Shown: positions 9,879 to 21,903, counted from the stretch's first letter. The stretch: DNA of 64,000 nt from an uncultured Mollicutes bacterium (GCA_900548675.1 URLJ01000004.1:13943-77942), one strand, 5' to 3'. A program made the numbers and translations. Notes: generated by a model not told the origin, from the letters alone.

Positions 9879-11383
9879 TGAAACCATTACAAGTAAAAGA
9901 AATTAGTGCTCTAATTAAAGAACAAATCAAACAATATGAAAATAAGGTTGAAATAGTCCAAGAGGGCACAGTCGTAAGCGTTGGTGATGGAATAGCCGTT
10001 ATATATGGTCTAGAAAGCGCTATGAATGGAGAATTATTAATATTTCCTAACGACGTCTATGGTATGGTTTTAAATCTAGAAAAAGACACTGTAGGTGCTA
10101 TTTTATTTGGTGATTGTTCAAAGATAAAAGAAGGAGATAAAGTAAAAACAACTCATCATATCTTAGAAGTTCCAGTCGGAGAAGCTTTAATAGGTAGAGT
10201 TGTTAACGCTTTAGGTAAACCAATCGATGGTAATGGGGCGATTGATACGAAAATATATCGTCCGGTTGAGAAAAAAGCTACAGGAGTTATGGCACGTCAG
10301 TCGGTAAAAGTACCATTACAAACAGGTATTAAAGTAATTGATGCTTTGGTTCCAATTGGAAGAGGTCAAAGAGAATTAATTATAGGTGATAGACAAACTG
10401 GAAAAACTTCGATTGCTGTAGACACCATCATTAATCAAAAAGACCAAAATGTTATTTGCATTTATGTCGCAATAGGACAAAAAGAATCGACGGTTGCTAG
10501 TGTGGTAGAAACATTAAAGAAACACAATGCTATGGATTACTCAATTGTAATTAGTGCCTCGGCTTCAAGTCCAGCACCATTACTATACCTTGCTCCGTAC
10601 GCAGGGGTTACAATGGCTGAGGAATTTATGTTCCAAGGTAAAGATGTTTTAATTATTTATGATGATTTGACAAAACATGCAACCGCATATCGAGAGTTGT
10701 CGCTATTGCTTAAAAGACCACCAGGACGAGAAGCATTTCCAGGTGATGTCTTCTATTTACATTCACGTTTATTAGAAAGAGCTGCTAAATTGTCTGATGA
10801 GTTAGGTGCAGGCTCAATTACTGCCTTACCTATTATCGAAACGCAAGCTGGTGATATTTCTGCATACATACCAACAAATGTTATAAGTATAACTGATGGA
10901 CAAATCTTCTTACAATCAGATTTATTCTATTCAGGTGTTCGTCCTGCCATTAGTGCAGGATTATCAGTATCAAGAGTTGGAGGTAATGCGCAAATAAAAG
11001 CAGTAAAAAAAGTTTCAGGTACGCTAAGATTGGATTTAGCATCATACCGAGAACTTGAAGCATTTACGCAATTTGGGTCTGATTTAGACGATGCTACTAA
11101 AGCTAAACTTGAAAGAGGAAAAAGAACTGTTGAAGTTTTAAAACAAAACCTTCACACTAAAGTAACGGCTCCTGAACTTACAATACTTGTTTATGCTTTA
11201 ACTCATAGCTTTTTAGATAAAATTGAAATAGAACATATTCAAAAATATGAACAAAAACTTTATCAAGCATTAAGAAATACTGATGCTGGTAAAATAATTA
11301 CAAAATATATCGATACCAACAAAACCCTTCCTAGTGACGACGTGATCAAACAATTTTTATACAATTTAGAAAAAACAATATAA
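9878..11383 (+). CDS. atpA: F0F1 ATP synthase subunit alpha
   Basis: Walker [10 protein letters not shown], plus [27 protein letters not shown] and the rest of the alpha-subunit sequence. Confidence 0.98.
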   Translation: MKPLQVKEISALIKEQIKQYENKVEIVQEGTVVSVGDGIAVIYGLESAMNGELLIFPNDVYGMVLNLEKDTVGAILFGDCSKIKEGDKVKTTHHILEVPVGEALIGRVVNALGKPIDGNGAIDTKIYRPVEKKATGVMARQSVKVPLQTGIKVIDALVPIGRGQRELIIGDRQTGKTSIAVDTIINQKDQNVICIYVAIGQKESTVASVVETLKKHNAMDYSIVISASASSPAPLLYLAPYAGVTMAEEFMFQGKDVLIIYDDLTKHATAYRELSLLLKRPPGREAFPGDVFYLHSRLLERAAKLSDELGAGSITALPIIETQAGDISAYIPTNVISITDGQIFLQSDLFYSGVRPAISAGLSVSRVGGNAQIKAVKKVSGTLRLDLASYRELEAFTQFGSDLDDATKAKLERGKRTVEVLKQNLHTKVTAPELTILVYALTHSFLDKIEIEHIQKYEQKLYQALRNTDAGKIITKYIDTNKTLPSDDVIKQFLYNLEKTI

Positions 11384-11395
11384 AGGAGAACCAGT

Positions 11396-12274
11396 ATGGC
11401 TTTATCAACAGGAGCTGTAAAAGCTCGTATCCAAGCAACAAAAAAAACTGCCCAAATTACTAAAGCCATGAATATGGTATCAGCATCTAAATTAAGAGGG
11501 GCAGAAAAAAGTATTAAGGCATACTTACCTTTTATCGAAAAAATTAAAGAAATAATAGGTAATTTATATAGTGATAATAATGACTTTATCCATCCTCTTA
11601 TGAAAATGCGAACAATAAAAAAAGTTTGTTTTGTTGTAATATCAACAGATAGAGGTTTAGCAGGAGCAATTAATAGTAACATTAATAAAATGTTAACATC
11701 AAGAATTAGAGCAATGGATGAAAATACTTCATATGTTGTTTACCCTTTAGGATTAAAAGCATATACATATGCCAAAAAAATGAATTATCCTCTTGTTACT
11801 CCTAATGTTTTTAACCTCCAAGATGATATACAATTCTATCAAGTAAGTGAAGTCGTTCATCAAATAGTTTTAGATTACTTACTTGAAAAATATGATAAAG
11901 TAGAAATAATATATACTCATTATGTCAACACATTAATTCAAAAAGTAGAAACAAATGTTATTCTTCCAATATCAGATATTTCTAAAGATAAAGAAGTGAA
12001 AAACATTAATAAAACCTATGAATATGAAGGTGGTAAAGAGGATATTTTAAATACTATTTTACCTATTTATATTGAAAATACTATTTACGGCATGATGTTA
12101 GATGCCAAAGCTAGTGAGCATGCATCTAGAATGAATTCAATGCAAAGTGCTACAGATAATGCAACCGAGGTTGTTGCGAATTTAGAATTACTATACAATA
12201 GAGCCCGCCAGGCGGCTATCACGTTAGAATTAACGGATATTATTGGTGGGGCTAGTGTAATTAACGAAAGGTAG
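11396..12274 (+). CDS. atpG: F0F1 ATP synthase subunit gamma
   Basis: N-terminal IKARIQATKKTAQITKAMNMVSASKLR and C-terminal NRARQAAITLELTDIIGGA are gamma hallmarks. Confidence 0.96.
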   Translation: MALSTGAVKARIQATKKTAQITKAMNMVSASKLRGAEKSIKAYLPFIEKIKEIIGNLYSDNNDFIHPLMKMRTIKKVCFVVISTDRGLAGAINSNINKMLTSRIRAMDENTSYVVYPLGLKAYTYAKKMNYPLVTPNVFNLQDDIQFYQVSEVVHQIVLDYLLEKYDKVEIIYTHYVNTLIQKVETNVILPISDISKDKEVKNINKTYEYEGGKEDILNTILPIYIENTIYGMMLDAKASEHASRMNSMQSATDNATEVVANLELLYNRARQAAITLELTDIIGGASVINER

Positions 12275-14103
<1,829 letters not shown>

Positions 14104-14114
14104 TTTAAATATAA

Positions 14115-14140
14115 AAAACTCTCTTTTTAGAGAGTTTTTT
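14115..14140 (+). terminator. atp operon terminator
   Basis: AAAACTCTC-TTTTTA-GAGAGTTTT hairpin followed by a T-run. Confidence 0.7.
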
Positions 14141-14216
14141 AATATTTAAATATTAATGATAATTTTAGAAAAAACAAATATTATCTATTGTATTATTTTA
14201 TTGATAAAATATAAAT

Positions 14217-14486
14217 ATGAAAAGATCATTTTATAATTTATTCTTGATAGAAAAAGAAAAATACTTGATGGTAGATACCTTTTTTATAGGAAAACAAATG
14301 CTTATTATTATCGATATAACCGAAGATTCAATGTTCAATCCAGGTTTTTCTAATTTCTTAAAATTTGGTGAATTACAAGGGTTTACTTTTGTTTGGTTTG
14401 ATAGTTATACAAAAATGGAAAAAGAATTAGATTGTTTTTTAAACGCTACTGAAGATAATTTTATCGTTTATATTGATGGAAAATGA
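14217..14486 (+). CDS. Hypothetical small protein (weak call)
   Basis: Only an ORF. There is no convincing RBS at 14217, and internal ATGs at 14268 and 14298 are possible starts. I recognise no family. Confidence 0.3.
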   Translation: MKRSFYNLFLIEKEKYLMVDTFFIGKQMLIIIDITEDSMFNPGFSNFLKFGELQGFTFVWFDSYTKMEKELDCFLNATEDNFIVYIDGK

Positions 14487-14524
14487 TTTATTGTGGTATA
14501 ATATATGTGTAAGAGGTAGATGCT

Positions 14525-14806
14525 ATGAAAAAAAGTCCAATTGATATGATTTTTGATGAAGATTGCAATGACAATGTCTTTTTAAAAGATGAGAATGGTC
14601 AAATGATAGAATTTGAACAAGTTGCAGTAATTCCTTTAGACGAAATGATTTTTGTCATCCTTCATCCGGTATCAGAAAAAGAAGAAGTCGGGTATATTTT
14701 TATGTATGATATCGTAGGACCAAATGAAGTACTAGAAATCGTTAAAGATGAGGACATAATAGAAGCGGTTTGGGATTGTTATGATACTTTAAACGCTGCT
14801 TCTTAA
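14525..14806 (+). CDS. DUF1292 family protein
   Basis: Pattern DENGQMIEFEQVAVIPLDEMIFVILHP ... acidic C-terminus resembles YrzB-like DUF1292 proteins. RBS AAGAGGTAG and an extended -10 TGGTATAAT lie upstream. Confidence 0.6.
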   Translation: MKKSPIDMIFDEDCNDNVFLKDENGQMIEFEQVAVIPLDEMIFVILHPVSEKEEVGYIFMYDIVGPNEVLEIVKDEDIIEAVWDCYDTLNAAS

Positions 14807-14837
14807 TCTTACAAAATAAAAATTAAGGAGGATCGTT

Positions 14838-15380
14838 ATGAGAATTAATGTTCATGGAAAAAACAAATTTGAGGTAAAGCCAGGTTTACGTTCTTATATT
14901 GAAGATAGAGTAGGCAGTTTAGCTCATATGTTTTCTGCCCATCAAGATGTAACAGCTAATGTTGTATGTAAGGAATATGGTAATAATAAGGTAGTTGAAG
15001 TAACCATACCAACAAAACATTTAATCTTACGAGCTGAAACTAGTTCTGAAGATATGTTTCAGTCAGTTGATCTTGCTGTAGATAAAATAGAACAACAGTT
15101 ATTGAGACATAAAAAGAAAATTAATTCGATTATTAGGGGACGTGAAGGAGTTGCTAATTACTTTAGTGCTCAAATTGAAAATATGAAAGATGAAGATGAA
15201 AAACATAAAATAGTAAAAACTAAAGAAGTAGATTTAGAGGTAATGGATCCAGAAGAAGCAATGTTGCAAGCAGAACTTTTAGGTCATGACTTCTATATGT
15301 TTATCAATTCAGTTGACCACAAGGTTTCAATAGTATATTTGCGTGATGATGGCGATTATGGCATCATGAGGGCTAAATAG
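14838..15380 (+). CDS. hpf: Ribosome hibernation promoting factor (long HPF)
   Basis: N-terminal HPF/YfiA fold sequence plus the long-HPF C-terminal domain (KPMxxEEA-like: MDPEEAMLQAELLGHDFYMFIN). Conserved hpf-secA-prfB synteny. RBS AAGGAGG. Confidence 0.92.
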   Translation: MRINVHGKNKFEVKPGLRSYIEDRVGSLAHMFSAHQDVTANVVCKEYGNNKVVEVTIPTKHLILRAETSSEDMFQSVDLAVDKIEQQLLRHKKKINSIIRGREGVANYFSAQIENMKDEDEKHKIVKTKEVDLEVMDPEEAMLQAELLGHDFYMFINSVDHKVSIVYLRDDGDYGIMRAK

Positions 15381-15390
15381 CAATTAATTC

Positions 15391-15419
15391 CCCTTCGCCG
15401 ATTGGCGGAGGGCTCTTTT
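15391..15419 (+). terminator. hpf terminator
   Basis: CCCTTCGCC-GATT-GGCGGAGGG hairpin (one G-U pair) followed by CTCTTTT. Confidence 0.7.
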
Positions 15420-15445
15420 ATAAAAAAAGGTATATTCCTTATCAC

Positions 15446-15474
15446 TTGATAAAATCAAGCAAAAGTGGTATTAT
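15446..15474 (+). promoter_or_regulatory. Predicted sigma-A promoter of secA
   Basis: TTGATA, 17-bp spacer, TATTAT with an upstream TG (TGGTATTAT). Confidence 0.5.
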
Positions 15475-15500
15475 ATATATAGAAAATTGAGGTTATTATT

Positions 15501-18011
15501 ATGTTTAAAAAATTATTTGACCCAGGTTATAAAGAATTAAAACGCTGCGAAAAAATAGCAGAAAAAGTAATGGCGTTGGAACCTACATACCGTGCAATGA
15601 GCGATGATGAATTAAAAGCTAAAACACTTTATTTTAAAGAAAAAGTAGCCAATGGGGCATCGCTTGACGATTTACTAGTAGAAGCTTATGCAACCGCTCG
15701 TGAAGCCGCATATCGTGTTACGGGATTATTAGCATTTAAAGTTCAAGTAATAGGTGCAACCGCTATGCATTATGGAAATATTGCCGAAATGAAAACTGGT
15801 GAAGGTAAAACTCTAACATCAGTAATGGTTGCATATTTAAATGCTTTATCTGGAAAAGGTGTTCATATCGTTACCGTTAATGAATACTTGGCATCACGTG
15901 ATGCTCATGATATGGGTGCTGTTCATGAATGGCTTGGTTTAACAGTAGGTCTAAATCTTCGTGATATGTCAAGTGAAGAAAAACAACAACAATATGCATG
16001 TGATATAACATATTCAACAAACAATGAATTAGGATTTGACTATTTGCGTGATCATATGGTAATTCATGGTGAAGATATGGTTCAAAGACCATTGAATTTC
16101 GCGATAATAGATGAGGTCGATTCGATTTTAATTGATGAGGCTCGTACACCATTAATTATCTCTGGTGGTGAAAAAAGAGGTCCTAATTTATATATTCAAG
16201 CAAATACTTTTGTTAAAACATTGACAAAAGAAGAATATGATATTGATGAAAAGAGTAAACACATAACATTAAATGATGCTGGTGCTGCTCATGCCGAAAA
16301 ATTTTTCAATATCCCTAATTTATATGATATAAAATATGTAAGCCTTGTCCATCACATCAATAATGCATTAAGAGCGAATTATATAATGGCTAAAGATGTT
16401 GATTATGTTGTAAAAGATAATAGTGTTATTATCGTTGACCAATTTACTGGCCGCCTAATGTATGGTAGACAATTCAGTGAAGGATTACATCAAGCTCTAG
16501 AAGCAAAAGAACGTGTTGAGATTAAAAAAGAAACGCGAACACTCGCCACTATTACTTTCCAAAATTATTTCAGAATGTATCATAAATTAGCTGGTATGAC
16601 CGGTACTGCCAAAACCGAAGAAGAAGAATTCCGTAATATTTATAATATGTTTGTAGTAGAAGTACCGACAAACGCACCAGTTATTAGAATAGATGACCCT
16701 GATAAAATATATCAAACAATGGATGGAAAATTTAAAGCGATAGCGAAAGATATTGCAGAACGTCATGCCAAGGGTCAACCAGTGCTAGTTGGTACTATTT
16801 CAATTGAAACAAGTGAATTACTATCTAGTTTATTAAAACGAAGAGGAATCCCTCATAATGTTTTAAATGCGAAACAACATGAAAGAGAAGCAGAAATAGT
16901 TCAACACGCAGGTGAATTGGGAGCTGTTACTATTGCGACTAACATGGCTGGTCGTGGTACCGATATTAAACTAGGCGAAGGTGTTGTCGCTTTAGGTGGG
17001 CTTGCGGTTATTGGTACAGAACGTCATGAATCGAGACGTATTGATAATCAGTTACGTGGGCGTAGTGGCCGTCAAGGTGACCCCGGCTATAGTGTATTCT
17101 ATCTTTCGGCCGAAGATGATTTGCTACGTCGTTTTGGTAGTGAACGTTTCAAACAGATGGTTAGAATGGGTACAGGAAATGAAAAAGATGAAGAAGGAAA
17201 CGAATTGCCACTTCAAATGAAGATGCTTTCACGTTTCATTGAAAGTGCGCAACGTCGTGTTGAAGGCGATAACTTCGATCGTCGTAAATCAGTTGTTGAA
17301 TATGATGAAGTATTAAGAAAACAGCGTGAAATCATTTATAAACAACGTAGTGATATATTATTTATTGATGATATGGAACCAACTGTACGAAATATGATGA
17401 AAGAAACAGTAGATCGTATCCTTCCTCAATATTTCTCAAACAATCATCGTAAAGAAAATAATGTAACGGATTTCATGAAAGAATTCATTATGATGTATTT
17501 TAATCTTGGTGAATTTACGGAAGAAGATTTTGAAGATGTAACTTTAAATGAAGCTACCGAAAAAGTATTAAATAGATTATATAAAAACCTTGATGATAAA
17601 AAGGCAAGTTGCCCAAGCGAAATCTTTAGAGAATTCTTAAAAGTTGTGCTTTTAAGAGTAGTTGATAAATATTGGATGGATCATATCGATCAAATGAGTC
17701 AATTACGTCAAAGTGTAGGTTTATCATCATACGCTCAACTTAACCCTCTTAGAGAGTATCAAGAAATTGGATTCCAATTATTTAATACAATGATTTCTAA
17801 TATTCAAAACGAAGTTACACAATTAATAAATCGTGCTCAACTTCGTGAAAATCTTCAACGTGAGGAAGTAGCTAAGCCTACAGGAACTAACGCTGCAAGT
17901 GATGATACAATTAAACGGAAACCTATCGTTAAAAAAGAAGGTAAGGTAGGTCGTAATGATCCGTGTCCATGTGGTAGCGGTTTGAAATATAAACATTGCT
18001 GCGGTAAATAA
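15501..18011 (+). CDS. secA: Preprotein translocase ATPase SecA
   Basis: MHYGNIAEMKTGEGKT Walker A, DEVDSILIDEARTPLIISG, and C-terminal zinc finger CPCGSGLKYKHCCG. Confidence 0.98.
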   Translation: MFKKLFDPGYKELKRCEKIAEKVMALEPTYRAMSDDELKAKTLYFKEKVANGASLDDLLVEAYATAREAAYRVTGLLAFKVQVIGATAMHYGNIAEMKTGEGKTLTSVMVAYLNALSGKGVHIVTVNEYLASRDAHDMGAVHEWLGLTVGLNLRDMSSEEKQQQYACDITYSTNNELGFDYLRDHMVIHGEDMVQRPLNFAIIDEVDSILIDEARTPLIISGGEKRGPNLYIQANTFVKTLTKEEYDIDEKSKHITLNDAGAAHAEKFFNIPNLYDIKYVSLVHHINNALRANYIMAKDVDYVVKDNSVIIVDQFTGRLMYGRQFSEGLHQALEAKERVEIKKETRTLATITFQNYFRMYHKLAGMTGTAKTEEEEFRNIYNMFVVEVPTNAPVIRIDDPDKIYQTMDGKFKAIAKDIAERHAKGQPVLVGTISIETSELLSSLLKRRGIPHNVLNAKQHEREAEIVQHAGELGAVTIATNMAGRGTDIKLGEGVVALGGLAVIGTERHESRRIDNQLRGRSGRQGDPGYSVFYLSAEDDLLRRFGSERFKQMVRMGTGNEKDEEGNELPLQMKMLSRFIESAQRRVEGDNFDRRKSVVEYDEVLRKQREIIYKQRSDILFIDDMEPTVRNMMKETVDRILPQYFSNNHRKENNVTDFMKEFIMMYFNLGEFTEEDFEDVTLNEATEKVLNRLYKNLDDKKASCPSEIFREFLKVVLLRVVDKYWMDHIDQMSQLRQSVGLSSYAQLNPLREYQEIGFQLFNTMISNIQNEVTQLINRAQLRENLQREEVAKPTGTNAASDDTIKRKPIVKKEGKVGRNDPCPCGSGLKYKHCCGK

Positions 18012-18029
18012 AAAATTAAAGGAGGATTT

Positions 18030-19133
18030 ATGGAAAAATTCGAAATTGTCAAAGCGTATAACGATTTTGAAAAACGTATTGATGATTTAGAAAAAGTCAT
18101 CAATCCTTCTTTTTTACATAACAAAATAAAAAAACTAGAGGATAGTATGTTAGATCCCCATTTTTGGGATGATGCGAACACTGCATCTAGTATAATAAAT
18201 GAACTGAATGATGCGAAAGAAAGAATTAATAACTTAAATGAAGTTAAACGGGAACTAAGTGAAATTAAAGATGTAATTGAATTAGATGATGAAGAATTGT
18301 TTATGGAAACTGATGAAAGCATTAACAACCTAAATAGTAAGCTAGAAAAGTTTGAAGTTGATTTACTTTTAAATGGGCCATATGATCATAATAATGCAAT
18401 AGTGGAACTTCATCCTGGAGCCGGGGGAACTGAATCCCAAGATTGGGCTCTTATGCTTTACCGGATGTATCGCCGCTTTGCTGAAAGAAAGGGTTTTGCT
18501 TTTGATTTATTAGATTATCAAGAAGCAATAGATGCGGGAATTAAAAGTGCTACTTTCTTAATTAAAGGCAAAAATGCTTATGGCTATTTAAAGTCTGAGC
18601 ATGGTGTTCATAGATTGGTGAGAATTTCCCCATTCGATTCAAATGCAAGAAGACATACGAGTTTTGCCGCTTGTAGTGTTACACCCGAATTAGACGATAG
18701 AATTGAAATTAAAATAGCAGATGAAGATATAAAAGTTGATACTTATAGAGCGAGTGGAGCAGGTGGCCAACATGTAAATCGTACTGATTCAGCTATTAGA
18801 ATTACCCATATTCCAACAGGAATAGTAGTTACATGTCAAAATGAACGTAGTCAAATTCAAAATAGGGCTAGAGCTATGGCCGTGTTAAAATCAAAATTAT
18901 TTCAATTAGAACAAAAAGAAAAAGAGAAAAAGCTTCAAAGTATTACAGGAACTCTTGATGATAATGCATTTGGTTCACAAATAAGAAGTTATGTTCTTCA
19001 TCCTTACGCAATGGTAAAAGATCATCGCACATTAGTAGAATCGAACAATCCTATCAATGTTTTAGATGGTGATTTAGACAAATTTATAAATGCTTATTTA
19101 AAATACAATGTAGACACAAAAAAAGAGGTGTAA
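18030..19133 (+). CDS. prfB: Peptide chain release factor 2 (single uninterrupted frame)
   Basis: RF2-specific SPF tripeptide (RISPFDS) and GGQ (SGAGGQHVNRTDSAIR). RBS AAAGGAGG. No in-frame TGA or frameshift site near codon 25. Confidence 0.96.
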   Translation: MEKFEIVKAYNDFEKRIDDLEKVINPSFLHNKIKKLEDSMLDPHFWDDANTASSIINELNDAKERINNLNEVKRELSEIKDVIELDDEELFMETDESINNLNSKLEKFEVDLLLNGPYDHNNAIVELHPGAGGTESQDWALMLYRMYRRFAERKGFAFDLLDYQEAIDAGIKSATFLIKGKNAYGYLKSEHGVHRLVRISPFDSNARRHTSFAACSVTPELDDRIEIKIADEDIKVDTYRASGAGGQHVNRTDSAIRITHIPTGIVVTCQNERSQIQNRARAMAVLKSKLFQLEQKEKEKKLQSITGTLDDNAFGSQIRSYVLHPYAMVKDHRTLVESNNPINVLDGDLDKFINAYLKYNVDTKKEV

Positions 19134-19134
19134 A

Positions 19135-20121
19135 ATGTTTACCAAACTCAAACAACAAATATTTAACAAAAAGTTTTTAAAAGAGTTTCTTTTTATAAAT
19201 TTAGGAGTAATATGTCTAGCATTTTCGGTTATATTTGTTTATGATCCAAATAATGTTGTTTTTGGGGGAGCTTCTACAATAGGAATTATTCTTCACAACG
19301 TAGCCCCTAAACTTGCGACATCTTTTTACATAATGATTGTCAATATTATCTTTTTAATAATGGGAGGACTTCTATTAGGAAAAGAATTTTTCTTAAAAAC
19401 GATATATGGAAGTTTGATATATCCCGTTTATGCCTTTGGGCTTGAAAAAATCATCAAATATGCTAACTTAAATGATGAACTGATTAAACTATATACAGAT
19501 AATAAATTGTTAGTCATCATTATGGCTGCTGCTATAATGGGACTTGGTATAGGAACGGTTTTAAAATATGGAGGCTCAACTGGGGGAACGGATAATCTAG
19601 AGGCTATTTTTTTAAAATATTTTAATTTACCTCATTCATTGAGTTTGATAATAATTGATGGTGTGATTGTTCTTTCGGGAGCTTTTATAATTTACCCTAA
19701 TGATTTTCAAAGTATTATGACAATGATTATGTATGGAACACTAACCATTCTAATATCTGGTTTTATAATAGATAACATTGTATTTAATGGGTTCAATGTT
19801 CGTTCTGCTTATATTATTACAAGTAAACCAAATGAAGTAAAACAAGAAATATATAAAACATTGGGTCGAGGAGTAACAGAAATTTACGCTAAAGGTGGTT
19901 ATTATGAAGAAGACCGTATGGTTCTTTTCTGTGTGTTAAAAACAACAGAATTCTATAAATTGCGTTCAGCAATATTGAAAATAGATAGTTCAGCATTTAT
20001 TGTGGTAACAAAGGCATCTGAAGTTCATGGTGAAGGTTTTACTTTTGATCTTGAAAATCCACAATTGAAAAAGCCTATAGGTGAAAAAGATGGAGAATCA
20101 AACAAAGATTGTAAAGATTGA
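19135..20121 (+). CDS. YitT family membrane protein (DUF2179 C-terminal domain)
   Basis: Five or six TM helices with GGSTGGTD, then a soluble C-terminal domain (GVTEIYAKGGY...FIVVTKASEVHGEGF) typical of the YitT/DUF2179 family. Confidence 0.8.
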   Translation: MFTKLKQQIFNKKFLKEFLFINLGVICLAFSVIFVYDPNNVVFGGASTIGIILHNVAPKLATSFYIMIVNIIFLIMGGLLLGKEFFLKTIYGSLIYPVYAFGLEKIIKYANLNDELIKLYTDNKLLVIIMAAAIMGLGIGTVLKYGGSTGGTDNLEAIFLKYFNLPHSLSLIIIDGVIVLSGAFIIYPNDFQSIMTMIMYGTLTILISGFIIDNIVFNGFNVRSAYIITSKPNEVKQEIYKTLGRGVTEIYAKGGYYEEDRMVLFCVLKTTEFYKLRSAILKIDSSAFIVVTKASEVHGEGFTFDLENPQLKKPIGEKDGESNKDCKD

Positions 20122-20869
20122 AAAAGTTAAAAAAAACCGACAAAAGTATGAAGTTACTTTTAAAACAGCTGAGGCAACTGACACAATTGTTTTTTACGAA
20201 GACCAAATTATTGAATATAGAATTTTTAAAGACAAAGAGTACACGCTAGAAGAGTGGGAAAAAATCAAAAAAGCCTCAGAAATAGGCAACGTTTTTAATA
20301 AAACGCTCAATTATATCAGTTTTAAAATGCGAACTAGTAAAGAAGTAGAACGCTATTTAAAAGAACAGGCTTTAAGCGACGAAACTATCCAAGAAATTTT
20401 AAAAAAGCTTGAAAACTACCATTTCATAGATGATGAAAAATATGCAAAATTATTTGTTGAGTCATCAGTGAGAAATGCCAAGGGTAAAAACTATGTTAGA
20501 AATACTCTACGCGAAAAAGGCTTAAAAGATAGTATAATTAGCGATGCTTTAATAAAATATAATGAAGATGAAGTATTCGAAATAATTTTAATAAAAATGC
20601 GCAAAGAAGCATCTAAAAAAACAAATGATTCGGTAAAACGTAAAAAAGAAAAAATGGTTAACAAATTACTTAGAGACGGATTTGACACTTCATTTATTAA
20701 AAAAATTATGGAAGAAATAGAATTTAGTAATGAAGACAAAGAGCTACTTCTAAGAGATTATGAAAAAGTTTCAAATAAAACTGAAGATAAAAACAAAATA
20801 ATAGCAAAGCTTTTGTCAAAAGGCTACAATTACTCTGATATTAAAGAATTAGTTTTTAAAAATAAATAG
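20090..20869 (+). CDS. recX: Recombination regulator RecX
   Basis: Repeated three-helix RecX modules (ERYLKEQALSDETIQEILKKLENYHFIDDEKYAKLFVES...). Start set at the ATG behind AGGTGA. Confidence 0.8.
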   Translation: MENQTKIVKIEKVKKNRQKYEVTFKTAEATDTIVFYEDQIIEYRIFKDKEYTLEEWEKIKKASEIGNVFNKTLNYISFKMRTSKEVERYLKEQALSDETIQEILKKLENYHFIDDEKYAKLFVESSVRNAKGKNYVRNTLREKGLKDSIISDALIKYNEDEVFEIILIKMRKEASKKTNDSVKRKKEKMVNKLLRDGFDTSFIKKIMEEIEFSNEDKELLLRDYEKVSNKTEDKNKIIAKLLSKGYNYSDIKELVFKNK

Positions 20870-20921
20870 TTTTCATATTTTAATACCTTGCAGCATATAT
20901 TTTTTGCAAGAGGTGTTAATA

Positions 20922-21065
20922 ATGAATAAAGGAAAAATTGTTAATGAAAACATTCGTAATACGTCACGATCTTTCACTAACGAAAAGGAATTAGAAGATA
21001 GTTTAAAAATGGAAATCGCAAAAGAAATTGCGAGTAATAAAACTAAAAAATCAAATAGAAAGTAA
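20922..21065 (+). CDS. Unannotated 47-aa ORF (below ORF-track cutoff), basic/acidic small protein
   Basis: AGGTG RBS 6 nt upstream of the ATG. Translation: MNKGKIVNENIRNTSRSFTNEKELEDSLKMEIAKEIASNKTKKSNRK. It sits in an otherwise empty 380-nt gap. Confidence 0.4.
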   Translation: MNKGKIVNENIRNTSRSFTNEKELEDSLKMEIAKEIASNKTKKSNRK

Positions 21066-21071
21066 CAAAAA

Positions 21072-21237
21072 TACTTCAAGGCAGGGTGTAATTCCCGACC
21101 GGTGGTGATAGTCCACAAGCTGAGGCATGATTTGGTGAAATTCCAAAACCGATAGTATAGTCTAGATGGGAGAAGATTATAGACATAAGTTATCAATCTT
21201 CCTACCAATAAGCCACGTCGTATGATGTGGTTTTATT
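21072..21237 (+). promoter_or_regulatory. FMN riboswitch (RFN element) with terminator expression platform
   Basis: Conserved RFN blocks GGCAGGGTGTAATTCCCGACCGGTGGT, GATTTGGTGAAATTCCAAAACCGATAGT and AGTCTAGATGGGAGAAG. P1 pairs CTTC with GAAG. Terminator CCACGTC-GTAT-GATGTGG plus TTTTATT lies at 21213..21237, just before the ribU RBS GGAGG. Confidence 0.9.
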
Positions 21238-21249
21238 AATGGAGGCAGT

Positions 21250-21882
21250 ATGAAAAATAAATTATTAATAAGAAGAATGTGTATAATAGCGGTTTTATCG
21301 GCCGTTTCAACAATATTGTATTTACCTTTTTTAAGGATCAAACTACCATTCATTTTTCCTAATTTTTTGGAATTGCAGTTTTCTACTTTACCAGCCATAA
21401 TTGCTACGTTTGCTTATGGACCATTAGTTGGTATTATTATTACAGCGATTAAAACAATATTGAAAATATTGTTAGTTGGATCTTCAACAGCTTATGTAGG
21501 AGATATTGCTGACTTTATCATAGGAGCTTCAGTCGTCCTTTGCTCAGGGCTTATTTATAAAAAAAAGCACACCAAGAAAGGTGCAGATTTATCACTGTTT
21601 TTTGGAGCAGTCGTATGGGTAGCAGTAGCAGCAATTATCAATTATTTTATTTTAGTCCCGTTTTATATTAATTTATTTTGGGCTGGAAATGAATCATCAT
21701 TTGTTGAGGCATGTCTTGTTATACCAAATATTAACATTAATAATTATAAGTTAATGTACCTTCTAGCAGGATGTATACCTTTTAATCTTGTACTTTCAAC
21801 ATTAGTTATGATTACAACATCGCTCATATATAAAAAATTGTCTTTTTGGTTTAAAAAAATTGAAAATGATGATAAAAAATGA
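21250..21882 (+). CDS. ribU: ECF-type riboflavin transporter S component
   Basis: Small membrane protein of about 6 TM directly behind an FMN riboswitch. Its sequence resembles RibU/YpaA-type S components. Confidence 0.8.
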   Translation: MKNKLLIRRMCIIAVLSAVSTILYLPFLRIKLPFIFPNFLELQFSTLPAIIATFAYGPLVGIIITAIKTILKILLVGSSTAYVGDIADFIIGASVVLCSGLIYKKKHTKKGADLSLFFGAVVWVAVAAIINYFILVPFYINLFWAGNESSFVEACLVIPNININNYKLMYLLAGCIPFNLVLSTLVMITTSLIYKKLSFWFKKIENDDKK

Positions 21883-21903
21883 CAGTTTGTTTAATAAAAA
21901 TAA

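Noticed and set aside
17855-18328. 157-aa minus-strand ORF spanning the secA 3' end and the prfB 5' end.
   Set aside because: It is a shadow ORF antisense to two well-supported genes, with a low-complexity Ser/Leu-rich product.
20873-21398. Two minus-strand ORFs from the track (20873..21208 and 21177..21398).
   Set aside because: They lie antisense to the FMN riboswitch and the ribU start, have no RBS, and have odd composition. The riboswitch and ribU explain the region.
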